Shown: positions 1 to 13,500 of the stretch, one piece after another
Layout of the letters: each line of letters begins with the position of its first letter
How positions within the stretch are numbered: the stretch's first letter is position 1
Origin: Octopus sinensis
Taxonomy: Eukaryota
Direction of reading: 5' to 3'
DNA length: 64,000 nt
Assembly: GCF_006345805.1 (NCBI RefSeq)
Contig: NC_043019.1
Location: 25,109,360 to 25,173,359 of the forward strand
Program-made: the position numbers and the translations under genes
The notes under the pieces: generated by a model
Told to the model about the DNA's origin: nothing
Seen by the model: only the letters and a program-made list of their open reading frames with translations
Database searches by the model: none

Positions 1-357
1 ATGTGATTACTTTTAGAATGACATTGCATGGTAAGTACAAGAAGCTGGATCTGGCCAGTTTGAACATAGAACAGGTAGAATATTTGGGCCAGATCTTGCC
101 AGTTTAAATGCTAAAGGGATGAATGCAAATTAGCAAATGACCCCCCCCTCTCCTGCACTTTAAGTGAATCTAACATTAAATGAAATAAAAATAAAGTTTA
201 AAAGAGTTAAAGTTTATCCAAAAGACACATATCTATAGAATAACAATTAAATCAAAAATCTAAATCCAAAATTTACTTGCATATTGCCCTGGTACCAAGA
301 TTTTGCTTCTGCAAGATCCTTCTTCACAGAAACCCTTAAATTTAATTTATTTTTCAG

Positions 358-388
358 TTTTTCAGGAAACTGTCAAGTGGAAATGTTA
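358..388 (+). CDS. NPEPPS: Possible small upstream NPEPPS exon (FSGNCQVEML); donor uncertain
   Basis: A pyrimidine-rich acceptor (tttatttttcag) precedes T TTT TCA GGA AAC TGT CAA GTG GAA ATG TTA, which aligns by position with PSA 'FEGKLEAAAQ'. There is no GT at the expected donor (389=AT); in-phase GTs occur at 377 and 404. Confidence 0.4.
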
Positions 389-489
389 ATACATTGCAAT
401 TTAGTTGGAATCAGTCGATTTTGGCTGACCGTCACTTCATAAGCCTGGTTGTTTTAACCAACTGACCACTCATCTTGTTTCTGTTGTAG

Positions 490-565
490 ATCAAAGAACC
501 TGTTGAATCATTCAAGTTAAATGCTGCTGAACTTACTGTTTCTAAAGCTTCTTTCAAGTATGAAG
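490..565 (+). CDS. NPEPPS: NPEPPS exon ([25 protein letters not shown])
   Basis: tgtag|ATC ... GAA G|gtgagt; phase 0-1. Confidence 0.85.
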
Positions 566-3060
566 GTGAGTTCTGGTTTGTAATGCTTTATAATGTTAGT
601 GTTGTTGAGTCCCAGATCAGTCTTTATTTGACCATCTCTCGTCAAAAACTATCATATCTGGTGTGTCTTTGTTTTAAGATGATAGGTTTTTAAGAGAAAT
701 TTTGTTATTTCTAGCTGACTTTGGTGTACATTGTGAACCATGCAAGTTATTTAACTTTAAATCTTATGGCTCCTTGAAAATATATAACTTTTCTTTCTCT
801 CCTTACAAAATTTTTTAATGCTAGAAACCTGAAATTTGTTTAAAAATATGAAAATGTCACATTCATACCTTTCCCCAAAGCACTAGTAGTGTATATAGCT
901 AATGCTTTTTGAGAAAGGCAGATAGCTTCTGTTGAATTTAAATTTTGATTGATACCATAGCTTGCTGAGACACTCTCTCCTGCTCTCTGGAGATGGGATC
1001 CCTCTGAAATTATAGATCTATAGACAATAGGCAGTACCCAACAACAGAACACTGCTAGATATTAAATATTATCACACCTGTTCACTGTTGGAAATCTTAT
1101 TTATTACAGGTGGAGAACCAGTTGACTTGAAAATTTCCTTTGTTAAGGAAAATGAAAATGTCATATTCTCTTCTTCCAGTACTTTCAAGGTATGTATTTC
1201 AATTTTTTAACTTCAATTTCATTTACGTATTTGGTAATAAAGCCTGTTATATTTATTGAGGGAAGACTATGAGAAGTGGGAGGCACTAGAAGGATGCTGT
1301 GTGACCCTGGGAGCCACAATCAGCAACCACTGCTGTACAGGTTTGCTTGTTACCCCAATATTTAGCAGTTGATCTAGTAGGCTCTTAGTGTAGCTCTTTC
1401 CATCTAATATTTTAATAAGGCTGGTCACATTATTACTCCTTTTTCTTTCACTAATAAGGCTTTGTAGTAGTAATAGTAGGAGGAGGAGGATGATGATGAT
1501 AGTTTATAAGCTAGTGACCTCACTGTTATGAGTTGAAATTTCTGTTCCACTTTCTGTTGAGCTCCTGAGCAGGACAACTCTGCTTGTTCAAGTTTATGCA
1601 GTGGATATAACACGAGTATCACTTTACTGTAGTTGAGCCATCTGGTTCCTCTAGCCTCGTGGCAAAGGGCCATTGTGCTCTTCCCTCTTTTTCTGACTTT
1701 GGCAAGGGTTGGAGCTTGAAACCAGTTTGTGCTACAGCTGCGCAGGGTCATCTTTTGAGGTGGCTCTCCAGGTTTTCTTAGTGGTTTGCTCTTTAGTCTC
1801 TTCACACCGGCTGGTAACTGTGTCATGGCAGTTCTTACTGGGATATTGTCCCCCCCCCCCCATTCATAGGTCATGCCCTGCTAGCTGCATTCTTCTGCCC
1901 TTGATTACAAGATTAAGGTATGGGGCTTGTATCTTCAAAGCACCTCTTCTTTTGTGATCTTGTCTTGAATTTTATACCCAGGATTTTTCACGGGCATCTT
2001 TGTTGGAAAATATCGATCTGTTTCTCAATTTCAGCTGTACTTTTCCAGTATCAGTAGCATTGGCTGTTGTTGAGATAACAATTTACCAGAATAATCTTAA
2101 TTTTGTTAGTTATGTGAGACTCCGATTACCATATTGATTGGAATTTGTGGAATACAGCAGCACCTTTGTCTGTCTTTAGTTTCATGTGTAAGTTTCCGCA
2201 TTGCCATGTACTGTTTAAATGCTACCAAGATGTGAAGTCTCAAGCCAGTCTTTTCATCTGTTTCAACCAGGACATTCGTCATGGCTCTTCTTGCCAACAA
2301 CTGCACAGAAATGCAGGCTCAGTCATCAGCAAAGTGTAAATCTGCTTGTTTCATTCTTCTCCATTTTATAGTTGATTAGACATGAAATAAAAAAGAAAAC
2401 ATATTTTATTGGAGGGATTGTTTTAGCATTTATTTACATATTCTTTGATTTGCTTTGTAATGTGGCCTTCTTATTTTGTTTCATATCAGAGTAAACACTG
2501 AAAGGGTCAAACAAACCCAATAAAAACAGTAGCACCTGATTTCCTGTTATTGCTTGGCTGCAAGGTCAAGGTTTGATAGTGCTAGCTCACAATACCTTTT
2601 GATAAATGATTTAATCCACTTGAAATTTCTCAGTTTAAAATTATTATTTTTTAATTTGCAGGCTGGATTCGGTGTGCTCCACATTGAATTTGCAGGGGAA
2701 CTCAATGATCGAATGCGAGGTTTTTACCACAGCCAGTACACGGTTTCCAGTGGCAAAGTTGTTCATTTGGCAGTCACTCAGTTTGAGGTAGGTGATCATT
2801 TGAGATGTCCCTCACCATTGTTAGTCTTCGTGGGCCTACTTACACTGCAGGGTTTAACACTAGCACATGGGTTTGAGAACCCTCATCAGAGATAACTCTG
2901 CAAACATTCATTTCAGACCGCCAATTCCTTTTCCATTCCCCATCCATGTTTTCCCTTTAAACACTGCTTTAGATCAGTGATTCTCAACTGGCAGCCATAA
3001 GGCCCTTAGGGGTTCATAAAAGATTTGGTTATACTTTTACAATACACAAAATATTTTGAC

Positions 3061-3113
<53 letters not shown>

Positions 3114-4938
3114 TTCCTGTTATTTAATTCTAAAAAAATTAATAGAATTTTTTTTCTCATCAAATAGCTGTGAGGGTCCAGCAGAGTAAAACAGGAACCA
3201 AGGGGCTTCATAGGCTAAAAAATGGTTAAGAATCACTGATACCCAGACAAATTACTCTCACCAGTCTCCTGGTACCTTCAATGCTCATTGACACTCACTT
3301 ACTCATTGTGGATGACCCATTAGAAATAAAAATTCAAGTCCTGGAAGATGTATTTTCATATTTTAGGTTTAGCCTCTTCACTACTCGTATCCAAGGCTAA
3401 ATCCTGAGAAGACTTTAGCTGGACTCTTTATGGGCCAACAAAATATTCTGGTCAACCAGTCACAATATTCAGAACCTTCCGTTCCAAACTCAACTAGGGT
3501 TCTTCTCTACAGAGAGAAGCATCCTTCAGAGCTGAAAAGAAAGTTCAAATTTTATTGCAGTCTAGAACCAGCAAACTAACTGATAAACCAGTGGGCCTAG
3601 ATCATTTTCACTGACAGCTTGTAGCACTTTTTCATCCATTCACGTGCCATAAGTATTGCAGCAGTCATGCATCTGGCACACTTCTTCATCTGATGGCTTT
3701 AATTTCCTGTAACTTACTTATATTCTACCACTCACATTATCACATCAATGATAATAAAAATCCTTTCTACTAAAGGCACAAGGCCTGAAATTGGGGGTAA
3801 GGGGATAGTCAATTTCATCGCCCCCTGAGTTTCACTGGTACTTAATTTATCAAGACATAGGATGAAAGGCAAAGTTGAACTCGGAACACTGCAGCAGACA
3901 AAATACCACTAAGCATTTTGCCCAGCATGCTAACGATTCTGTCAGCTCACTGCCTTAAAAATAATAATAATCTTAATCATTTAGCATTCACTTTCCATGC
4001 TGGCATGGGTTGGACGGTTTGGCATGGAGCTGGGAGCTGTCGGGACTCCAACTGTCTGTTGTGGTTATGGTTTCTGTGACTGGATGCTCTTCCTAACATT
4101 GACCACTTAACAGTTTGTGCTGGATGGCATTTTACATGCCACCAGCACGTCCATGCAGCACCCGAAAGGAGAAGCCTGTATGTGTAGAAGAGAGCAATTT
4201 TACTTAGCCTGCACGCATATGAGCTTGTCCTTTCAGTTACCGGTGCTGCGAAATAATAGGCACATGACAGAATTTGAATTCAGAACATGAAGATAAGCGA
4301 AATGCTTAGTGGTGTGCTAACAATTCTGCCAGCTTACCCTTGTAAGTGGTGATGGTAGTGGACAGTACCATTTTAAGAGTTAAGTGTCTTGGTTAAGAAC
4401 ATGACAGTCCTGGTGATGGGGGTGTGACTAACTTCTCAGTTGATTGATCAGCCTCTCTAGTTATTCGGCCATGACCACTCTGCAAGGCAACAGGGACAAG
4501 AGGAAATATTGAATGATTTCAGCATTTGTTTGTTCTGTGGTGAAGGGCTCTAACCAAAACAATAAATATCGCCTTACCTTATCTTTATTTCACAGCTTCA
4601 AGTATGGTGTAGAAACATAGCATTGTATGATGCTGGCAACCAGACAAGTAGAGATCCATTGTGATAAATTACTGTTTTCATTTGTTGTTGTGAATGCTAC
4701 TAAGTGTACTTCTTCTCTTTGTTATTGCATATTCCACCAGTCGACAGATGCCCGTCGTGCATTCCCTTGCTGGGATGAACCATCATTCAAAGCTACTTTT
4801 GACATCACTTTAGTCTTTCCTAATCATTTAACAGGCTTATCAAATATGGTAAGACTTCATTTTTCTTTTTCATTTTATGCTTTTTAAAAACAAAAAAATA
4901 CTAAGTTACTTTTGTTTTTGTTTTTTTAAATATAACTA

Positions 4939-4986
<48 letters not shown>

Positions 4987-7556
4987 GTAGGTCAACTAAC
5001 TCATTTGAGTGGGACCCAGCTGTGCTAAGAAACAACTTGTCATTTATATAGTAGTCAGCTGTCTCTCTTACATTAAGGTGTACTGGTTCATTTGTGTGTA
5101 TGGTCTATATGAGTACACAATTTTGCTGATTTGTCTTGAAACAGTTGCCATTTCTTAAATCTTCCCCAACGCAGAATAATCTAGTCTCTGAGTGGTAGTT
5201 GTAGAAAGAAGAAACATCATTCTAAAATACAGTCTTTTTCTTTTTCATTCAGTATCTCTTTAATGTAAACATGTGTGTGTGTATAAACACACCAAAAGAT
5301 TAACCCTTTAGCATTTAAACTGGCCACACCTGGCCCAGAAATTTCTACCCATTCAATTTTTACATTCAAACTGACTAGATCCAGCCTGTCATACCTATCC
5401 TACAATGTTATCCTAAAGATAAACAATCACATCATTGAAATCTCAAAGCTATGAGGTAATGCATGATTAATTTGAAAGAATTTAAATAAATAAGCATCAC
5501 AAATGACTGAGTAATCTGAATGCTAAAGGACCGAATTGCTGTAAGTTAATCAATTTTAACAATCAAAACAAAAAAGAATACTGGTACCGTGTATACACAC
5601 TGCAAAGTGGTCAGTGTCAGGATGGACATCCAGCAATAGAAACCATGCCAAAAGAGATGGTTGGAGCTTGGTGTAGCTCTCTGGCTTGCCAGCTCCTGTT
5701 GACCCATCCAGCTCATGCCAGTATAAGAAATAGACATTAAATAATAATGATGATTATGATGATATTAATATGTGTACCTAGTTAGGTATGTATGTCTGTA
5801 TGTATCTCTAGGCTTTCAAAGTATATAAAATATTTTGTTTCATTCTGTAACGAACAACTTTTGCTTCAGACAAACATTATCTTTGCCAATTCTGATCATG
5901 TTTTGGTCGTTTGCCATTTACGTTTTTCAGCCAGTTACTGAAGAGAAAACTCACTCAACTGATCCCAAGTTGAAGGTGATGAAGTTTGAAAGGAGTCCTA
6001 AAATGTCAACATATTTGTTGGCATTTATAATTGGTGAATTTGACTACCTGGAAGGTAGAGATTCAGATAACGTCCTTGTTCGCGTTTATACACCATTGGA
6101 GAAGAGGGATCAAGGACAGTTTGCTCTTGATGTAAGTTAAGTGTTTTCTATGGGTCTTTTAACACTTTCATTACTGTATTTATTTTGAGATACTCTGTAT
6201 TTCTTTCAATTACTTTAAATATAACAAAGATTTTAATAAAACAACTTAGTTATCATTCAACTAGTGTTAAGAACATAAATTGTGACTAAGGTTTGGTGGA
6301 AGATTTTAATTCAAAACTTACAAAAACAAGCCGGGTTGGTAATGAAAGGGTTAAACACCAACTTCATTTGCAGCTATACTAAAACCATGATATATGGATG
6401 AACAAGTTTCTCTCACATGATCTCTAGTAACATTACTTATCTGTAGCCTGTTTCCCAAACATTAAATCAGGGAATGATAAATCTCCTGGCTAGGACATGC
6501 CTAAAATATGGAGATTTCCCTTACAGGAAGGTTTCAACATAATGCTCAAACAACAATTTGTTTGTCAATTCAATAATGATTAATTTTCTATATATATAAT
6601 TTCTATGTATATAAATATATATATATATATATATACTCTGATTGTTGTTGGGTGTCTTAATTCCTGGGTATGTACATAGTTCCAGTCTAACTTTGAACTA
6701 ATAAACCTTTATTAAACTTTTATACTTGTATATTAATCTCTTTATCCATTAATCCACTGCAAACTTTGGAATGAGGATTCACTGCAAAACCATAAGCAAA
6801 TTTACTAATTTCTTCCCCAAAAGTATCAAATTGGCAGGCTCGTTAATGCATTGAATAGAATATCTCAAAGCATTTATTCTGACTCTCTATGCTAGGAATT
6901 CAAATCCTGCTGAGGTTATTTTTGCCTTTTGTCCTTTCAAGGCCACTAAAATTGTCAATCTTAACCAGTGGATTGGTGTAACTGTAAAAGAACCTAGAAA
7001 GATGGTGTATATTATCTGTTCTGATTGTATTTAGACCCCCTTGACACTTAAAGTGATGCTGGTGCTGAGCTGTATCGACCGAAGTAGGGGGGTCCTTATC
7101 TGATGGATAAACATTAGTGGTGTAGAGAAGTGGGGTACTTGCATGTATGGGGGTTTCATAGACTCTTTCAAAGAAATCTTATCCTCTCCAGCACATGTCT
7201 GGAGACATGGTCAGCATTGCTCAACAAAGGTTATAGATTTTTCTTCCCCATAACTATTTTTACTGCCAATTTAATGAAGTTATAAACTACAATAAGTGTT
7301 AGAATGTGCAGCAGCTTAAAACTGGTGTGTATATTCTTGTGAGTGGGTGGGGTGGGGGTTTGTTTTGTTTTTCTAACAGCAATGCCTTACGATGAAAGAA
7401 ATCCTAAATCATTTCTTTTAACACATTGGTTGCATTCAATATGAATTGTTGTGTTGATTTTGTATAATGAGTATCTTTACCTCCCTCTCTCGCTCTCTCT
7501 TTCTGTCTGTATTGTAGATCATTGTTTTTTAAATAATACTAATGTATGTATGTATG

Positions 7557-7597
<41 letters not shown>

Positions 7598-10500
7598 AGT
7601 TTTACATGGCTTTTCCATGCTTGCATGAGTGGGATGATTTTTGTTGGGAGAGTACTTCTGTGGCTGGTTGTCCTTAATGTTCTCACTGGGGGAATTGTTT
7701 AGCCAGTCAAGCCAACTGAAGATTAGTCATGATTAATTCAAACCAATGTGAATAACAAAGGTGTTATATTCATCCATTTTGATTCCAACCCACCTGAAAC
7801 CAACCCTCGGCTCTGTAGAACAAATGTCTTGTTTTCAAAAGTTCTGAATTAAAATCTTCCACCAAACCTTAGTCACAATTTTTGTTCCTAACACTAGCTT
7901 AATAATAACTAAGTTATTTTACTAAATTCTTTGTTATAGTTAAAATTAACTGAAACACGGAGCATCCCAACAGAAATATGGTAACGAAAGGGTTAACAGA
8001 ATAATCTGAATGCTAAAGGGTCAAAATGCCATCCTACTCGAAGGGGTGCGGGGGAAAGTATCCAGTATTGCTTGCTTTCGCTTTCCATCTCCAAAAATCA
8101 AACTTTGTTTTTAAAACCCAGTTTTCATTCCACCACCTTTTCATGTTTGTAAAAGAACTCCAACTCTAAATGCTTTCTAACTAATGTCTTCTAACTTCTT
8201 TCTTTGCAGGTAACTGTGAAAACACTGCCATTTTACAAGAGCTACTTCAATATTGCCTATCCACTGCCAAAAATTGACCTTATTGCAATTCCTGATTTTC
8301 TGAGTGGTCAGTTAATGTTTTCCCCTTTATTTTGATACATTTAACTTGACCCTTTTTTAAGACCTGTCCAAGACCGCCCCTCATTCTATGGTACAAACTC
8401 CTTATCTTAAATTAACCTACTCTGAAACCTTCCATTAAATTTTCAAATTAATTTGTTTCAACCATCAATTAATAATGATGGTTATTTTACTATATTCTTA
8501 ATTACTTTTGAAATTGATTAAAAGTATTTCAACAGAAATATGATAACGAAAGAGTTCAAAAGCTAATTACAAGATGTTTGTATATTCGGATGTCTCCAGG
8601 GCCAACTTTAATTTTTCAACCCTCCTGGATCAATAAAAGTACCAGTCAAATACTGGGGTTGATGTGATCAACAAACACCCTCCCCTCAGAATTGCTGGCC
8701 TTGTGCCAAAATTTGAAACCAAAATGATAGGTTTCTTCTCTTCTCAAAGCTTCTACATTTTCAGTCTGTAAACAGAATTATTTAGAAGAGTCACATGAGA
8801 CCAAAATGTGTTGCAGTATTTATTGTGATTCATTATGTTCAGAGTTCAAATCCTACCAAAGTCAGTTTGGCTTTTCATCCTTTGAAGGCTAATAAAATTA
8901 TGTACCACTCAAGTACTGGAGTAGATGCATTCCCTTCCCCTCAAGAGTGCTGGCCTCATATCTAAATTAGAAACAATTATTATTTAAGGTGGCGAACTGG
9001 CAGAATCATTAGCACACCAGGCAAAATGCTTAGCGGCATTTCGTCTGTCTTTATGTTCTGAGTTCAAATTCCACCAAGGTCAGCTTTACCTTTCATCCTT
9101 TTGGGGTCAATAAAATAAGTACCAGCTGAGTGCTGGGCTTGATGTAATCGAATTCGTCCTGTTCCCTGAAATTATTAGCCTTGTGCCACAATAATAATAC
9201 TAATTATTATTATTATTATTATTAAGGCAGTGGGCTGGCAGAATCATTAGCATTCTGGGTGAAATGCTTAGCAGTATTTCGTCTGTCTTCACGTTCTGGG
9301 TTCATATTCCACCGAAGTCAACTTTGCCTTTCATCCTTTCGGGATCGATCTAATCGACTGGGCCCCCTCCCACCAAATTTCAGGCCTTTTGCCTAGAGTA
9401 GAAAGGATTATTATTATTAATATTTCAAGTTCATATTCTGCCATAGTCCACTTTGATTTACTCTTCCCTCTTGTCCCAAAATTTGAAACTATTATTATTA
9501 TTAGGATTCTCAAATTACACAGAGTCCAAGTGTATAATATTTACTTTCTCAGTTCAAAGTCTCCCAGAATTACCTTTGTGTGCGTCTGAGATGTCTTATA
9601 TTTTGGATATTGTCTTCAGTATGATTTTTTTTTTTAATGGCATGATGTGTGATTGTATTTAAAACATTGTGTTCTTGCAGGTGCCATGGAAAACTGGGGT
9701 TTGGTGACATACAGAGAAAATACTTTGCTCATTGATGCAGAAGACTCCTCTGCGAAATCACGACAGCTTGTTGCACTTGTAATCGGTCATGAACTTGCAC
9801 ACATGTGGTTTGGAAACCTTGTCACTATGGTAGTTATTTCGTTCCTGAATTCAGTTTTTCTATTTACTAGAGTCAGCATATTATCTTTAGATTATTTTGT
9901 ATATGGTAATTAATTAATATGCGAAGTATATTTGCCACTTAAATGTGGCTAACCACTGTAGCTTGTAGCCCCAGGAGAACATCTTCTCCAACTGGCTATT
10001 GACACACTTTCTGTGCCCTATCAGTATTTGCAAAGGGAAGCTATCCTTCCCATCGTCGACCTGACGTGATACACATGGACCTGAGTTTCTGGGTATTTAC
10101 TCGTCGTCAGCGCCCGGGTCCATGTGTATCACGTCAGGTTGATGATGGGAAGAATGACTTCCTTTTGCAAATACTGATAGGGCACAGAAAGTGTGTCAAT
10201 AGCCGGCTGGAGAAGATGTTCTCCTGGGGCTACAAGCTACAGTAGCATCCACCCTTGGTGGTTAGCCACATTTAAGTGGTAAATATACTTCACATTGTCG
10301 TGCAGCTACTGTTTATACCTCATTCAGAGATTTATTATTAATTAATTAATACATATTCATGTATGTGTGGAAACATGCATGCATGCATACATGCACTAAT
10401 GCTCATACATGTATATAGGCCAAGAATGTAGTAAAGTCTTTTAGTCTATTAAATTGACTGTCATTATTCTGCTGTGCTGATAAGGCATAATCAAGGCTGA

Positions 10501-13500
10501 AACAAGCCCTTGGCTATCCATCATATCCAAAATTAAGATAAAATGTACTTTGTTTCCTAAGCATATTAATTCAACTGTAAACGTCTTTTTTTTTCTTTCT
10601 TTTTTTTTTTTTTATCTCCCAATGTCTGAATATTGGTGGAACATCTTCAGAGATGTTCTCTCATGGATTCTTCTAAATATTAGAATTATTTAATGATTTC
10701 AGAAAAGATCTATGCTTGGGTGTGGGCAGATTGTCTGCTGGTTTCTGATAGTCTTTTCTTTTTGTTTCCAATTATTATTTACAATTTCAAAGGATGCCAG
10801 TTGGCAGAATCATTAGCTGCTGATTAAAATGCTTAGCAGCATTTCCTACATCTTTACTTTCTGAATTCAAATTCTGCCAAGGTCGATGGGCCAATACTGT
10901 AAGTACCAGCTAAGTACTGGGGTTGATGTCGTCAACTAGTTCCTTCCCCTCAAATCTTGTGCCTATAGTAAAAAGGATTATTTACAATTTCTTTTGTTTT
11001 ATTAACAGGAATGGTGGACTCACTTGTGGTTGAACGAAGGTTTTGCCTCTTGGATTGAATACCTCTGTGTCGATAAACTGTTTCCAGATTTTGAAATCTG
11101 GACCCAGTTTGTCACGTCTGATCTTGCAGCAGCCCTCAAGCTTGATGCCTTACACACAAGTCATCCCATTGAGGTATTTTCACTGGACAACATTATATTC
11201 TGTTAATGCATACTGGATGTGAGTGCGTGCATGTGCAAGCATGTTTGTGTGTGTGTATACATGCAGAAATGAGAGGATTTTTTTTATTCAACATAGTCGT
11301 TAAACACGTTTTTCTCTTTGTTAACATATCTCTAGTTAATGTACTGTAACCCCTTCCCCACCATTTTTGGCTTTGCTTCCTCTAACAATTTAATAACATT
11401 ATCTCTCTACCTTTGCCACATTTACATCGCATCCTATGGCATCCAGTCATGGGGTACAGCAACAGTATGCCTCATTCAGGCATAGGGAAAATAGATATAA
11501 AAATGATGATACAGTATGGTGGGTAGATATAGTGTCGATAACTCCTGCTAGATCTCCCAGTCTAGTCTTGTACAATTTGTTAATAAGAGATCTTATATTT
11601 TAGAAACGTAGATTTAGTAAAAGTAGTGGGGTTGTGAAGTAGTAAATTAAATGTCTAACTGTATTTAGCTCTCTGTAGACTGAGTTCAAATTCCACCAGA
11701 GTTTGTTTTGCCATTCATTTTTTTCAAGGCTGATTAAAATACCAGTAATTTTGGGGTCAGTTCAATCGACTTTTTGCAACTTAATACCAAAACAAGAAAT
11801 CTTTGTTTCAGTATTGTCTCAGCCTTCTTTTCATTCCTCCATGTCTCACCAGTTAGAATCCAACATGTCCAAGGCCAGTAGTTTAACAGAAGTTGTTGAA
11901 TCATGCACAATTTAGTCATGTCCCTTTGCAGTTGTTTTTCACCCTTGGATTCAGTTTAATTTTAGAAATAAGGAAGAATTTAGTAAAATAACTTGGTCGT
12001 TATTAAGTTAGTGTGGTCATGGTAAATTGGGTGAGTTATTAGGTTGTCTGAATACCTTGTGGTATTAGTTCCAAATTTCTGTGCTCTGAGTTCGAATCCC
12101 ACCAGGATCATCCTGGCTTTTATCAGATGTGATAAAATAAAGTACCAGTCAGGTAGTGGAGTTGAGTGTCATCCACACCCCCACCCCTCCAATTTACAGG
12201 TTTTGTATCTACGCTGGAAACAGTTATTAAGCTGGGGCTCTTTAAAACATAAATCAACAGAAAATTCTGATGGAGGGTTTTAACTCTTCAACATTAAGAT
12301 TTCTGTCAAATGTTTTGCTTATTTATTCATTGTTTTCAATTAGTCACACATTATCATGTAGCGTCAAGATTTAAGTGATATCTTTGTATATTTTTAGAAT
12401 GACATTGTAGGGTAGTTGTGAGAGATGTTGGATTCGGCCAGTTTTAACGTAAGACGGGGAGAATATTTGGGCTGGATTAAATGCTAAAGGGTTAATTTAG
12501 ACTGCATTAAAACCAGAAGCTTGTATCACAAACCCAGGGACAGTTTCAGGTGGGATAGTATGAGGAACTCAGTTCAAATCCTGTTAGTCTACATTACTTT
12601 TTATACTTTCAAAATATAACCAAAAAAAAAGTACTAGTAATATCCTGCAGTTATCATTAATCATTCTCTCTCACCAAATCTGTTCCTATTTTAGAAATAT
12701 TTATTATTAGGACCAGAAGTGCACCAAATTAGTTACCCTCTGGCATCAGTTATGTCCATTTACTTTCTAAGTTCAAATCAACTTTGTCTTTTATCCTCCC
12801 ATAAATAATTGGCTGAGTATCTCTCCATTCTTGTGTCTCTCTCTTTTAAAAGTCCTTTAACCTGTATTTGTCTTTCCAGGTTCCAGTTGGTCACCCAGCA
12901 GAAGTAGATGAAATCTTTGATGCCATTTCCTATTGTAAAGGAGCATCAGTCATCAGAATGTTACACAACTACATTGAAGATACTGTAAGTTCTTTTTCTT
13001 CTTGTCAAAGAAAAAAAATTAGGTTTGCAGTATTTGGCTTAACCAAAGTCTTTATTTAATCAACAATGTGTATCGCCTATAGAACTACCTTACTGGCAAA
13101 TTGGCTAAGTCATTAGAGTGCCAGATACAATACTTTGTGATATTCGTTTCAGCTCTTCTGTATGGGTTCAAATCCCATTGGTCACCTTTTGGATTTTCGT
13201 TTTTTCTTTCATTATTTTGTGGATCTGTGAATGAAAAGCATTGGACAAGATGTCTTTATCTTTTCCAGCTCTTTAACTTCTGAGTTCAAATTCCACCTTT
13301 GGTGATAAGAAACTCTCAAAAGATTTACAGAGTTTCTTACCACCATAGGGTCTGGCTCTCTGATTTCGAAATTCAAATTCCACCATTGTGTTTTTAAATA
13401 TCACCATCACCAGCTTGCAGGTCTGACATAAGTCAGGCGAAACCTCAAAGCAATCTCATGTGTATTAGATGGTGCTGAGTGGAGTCACGGGGGGAACTCT

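Noticed and set aside
389-489. U12-type AT-AC intron
   Set aside because: The 5' end ATACAT does not match ATATCC, the 3' end is AG, and there is no convincing TCCTTAAC branch site.
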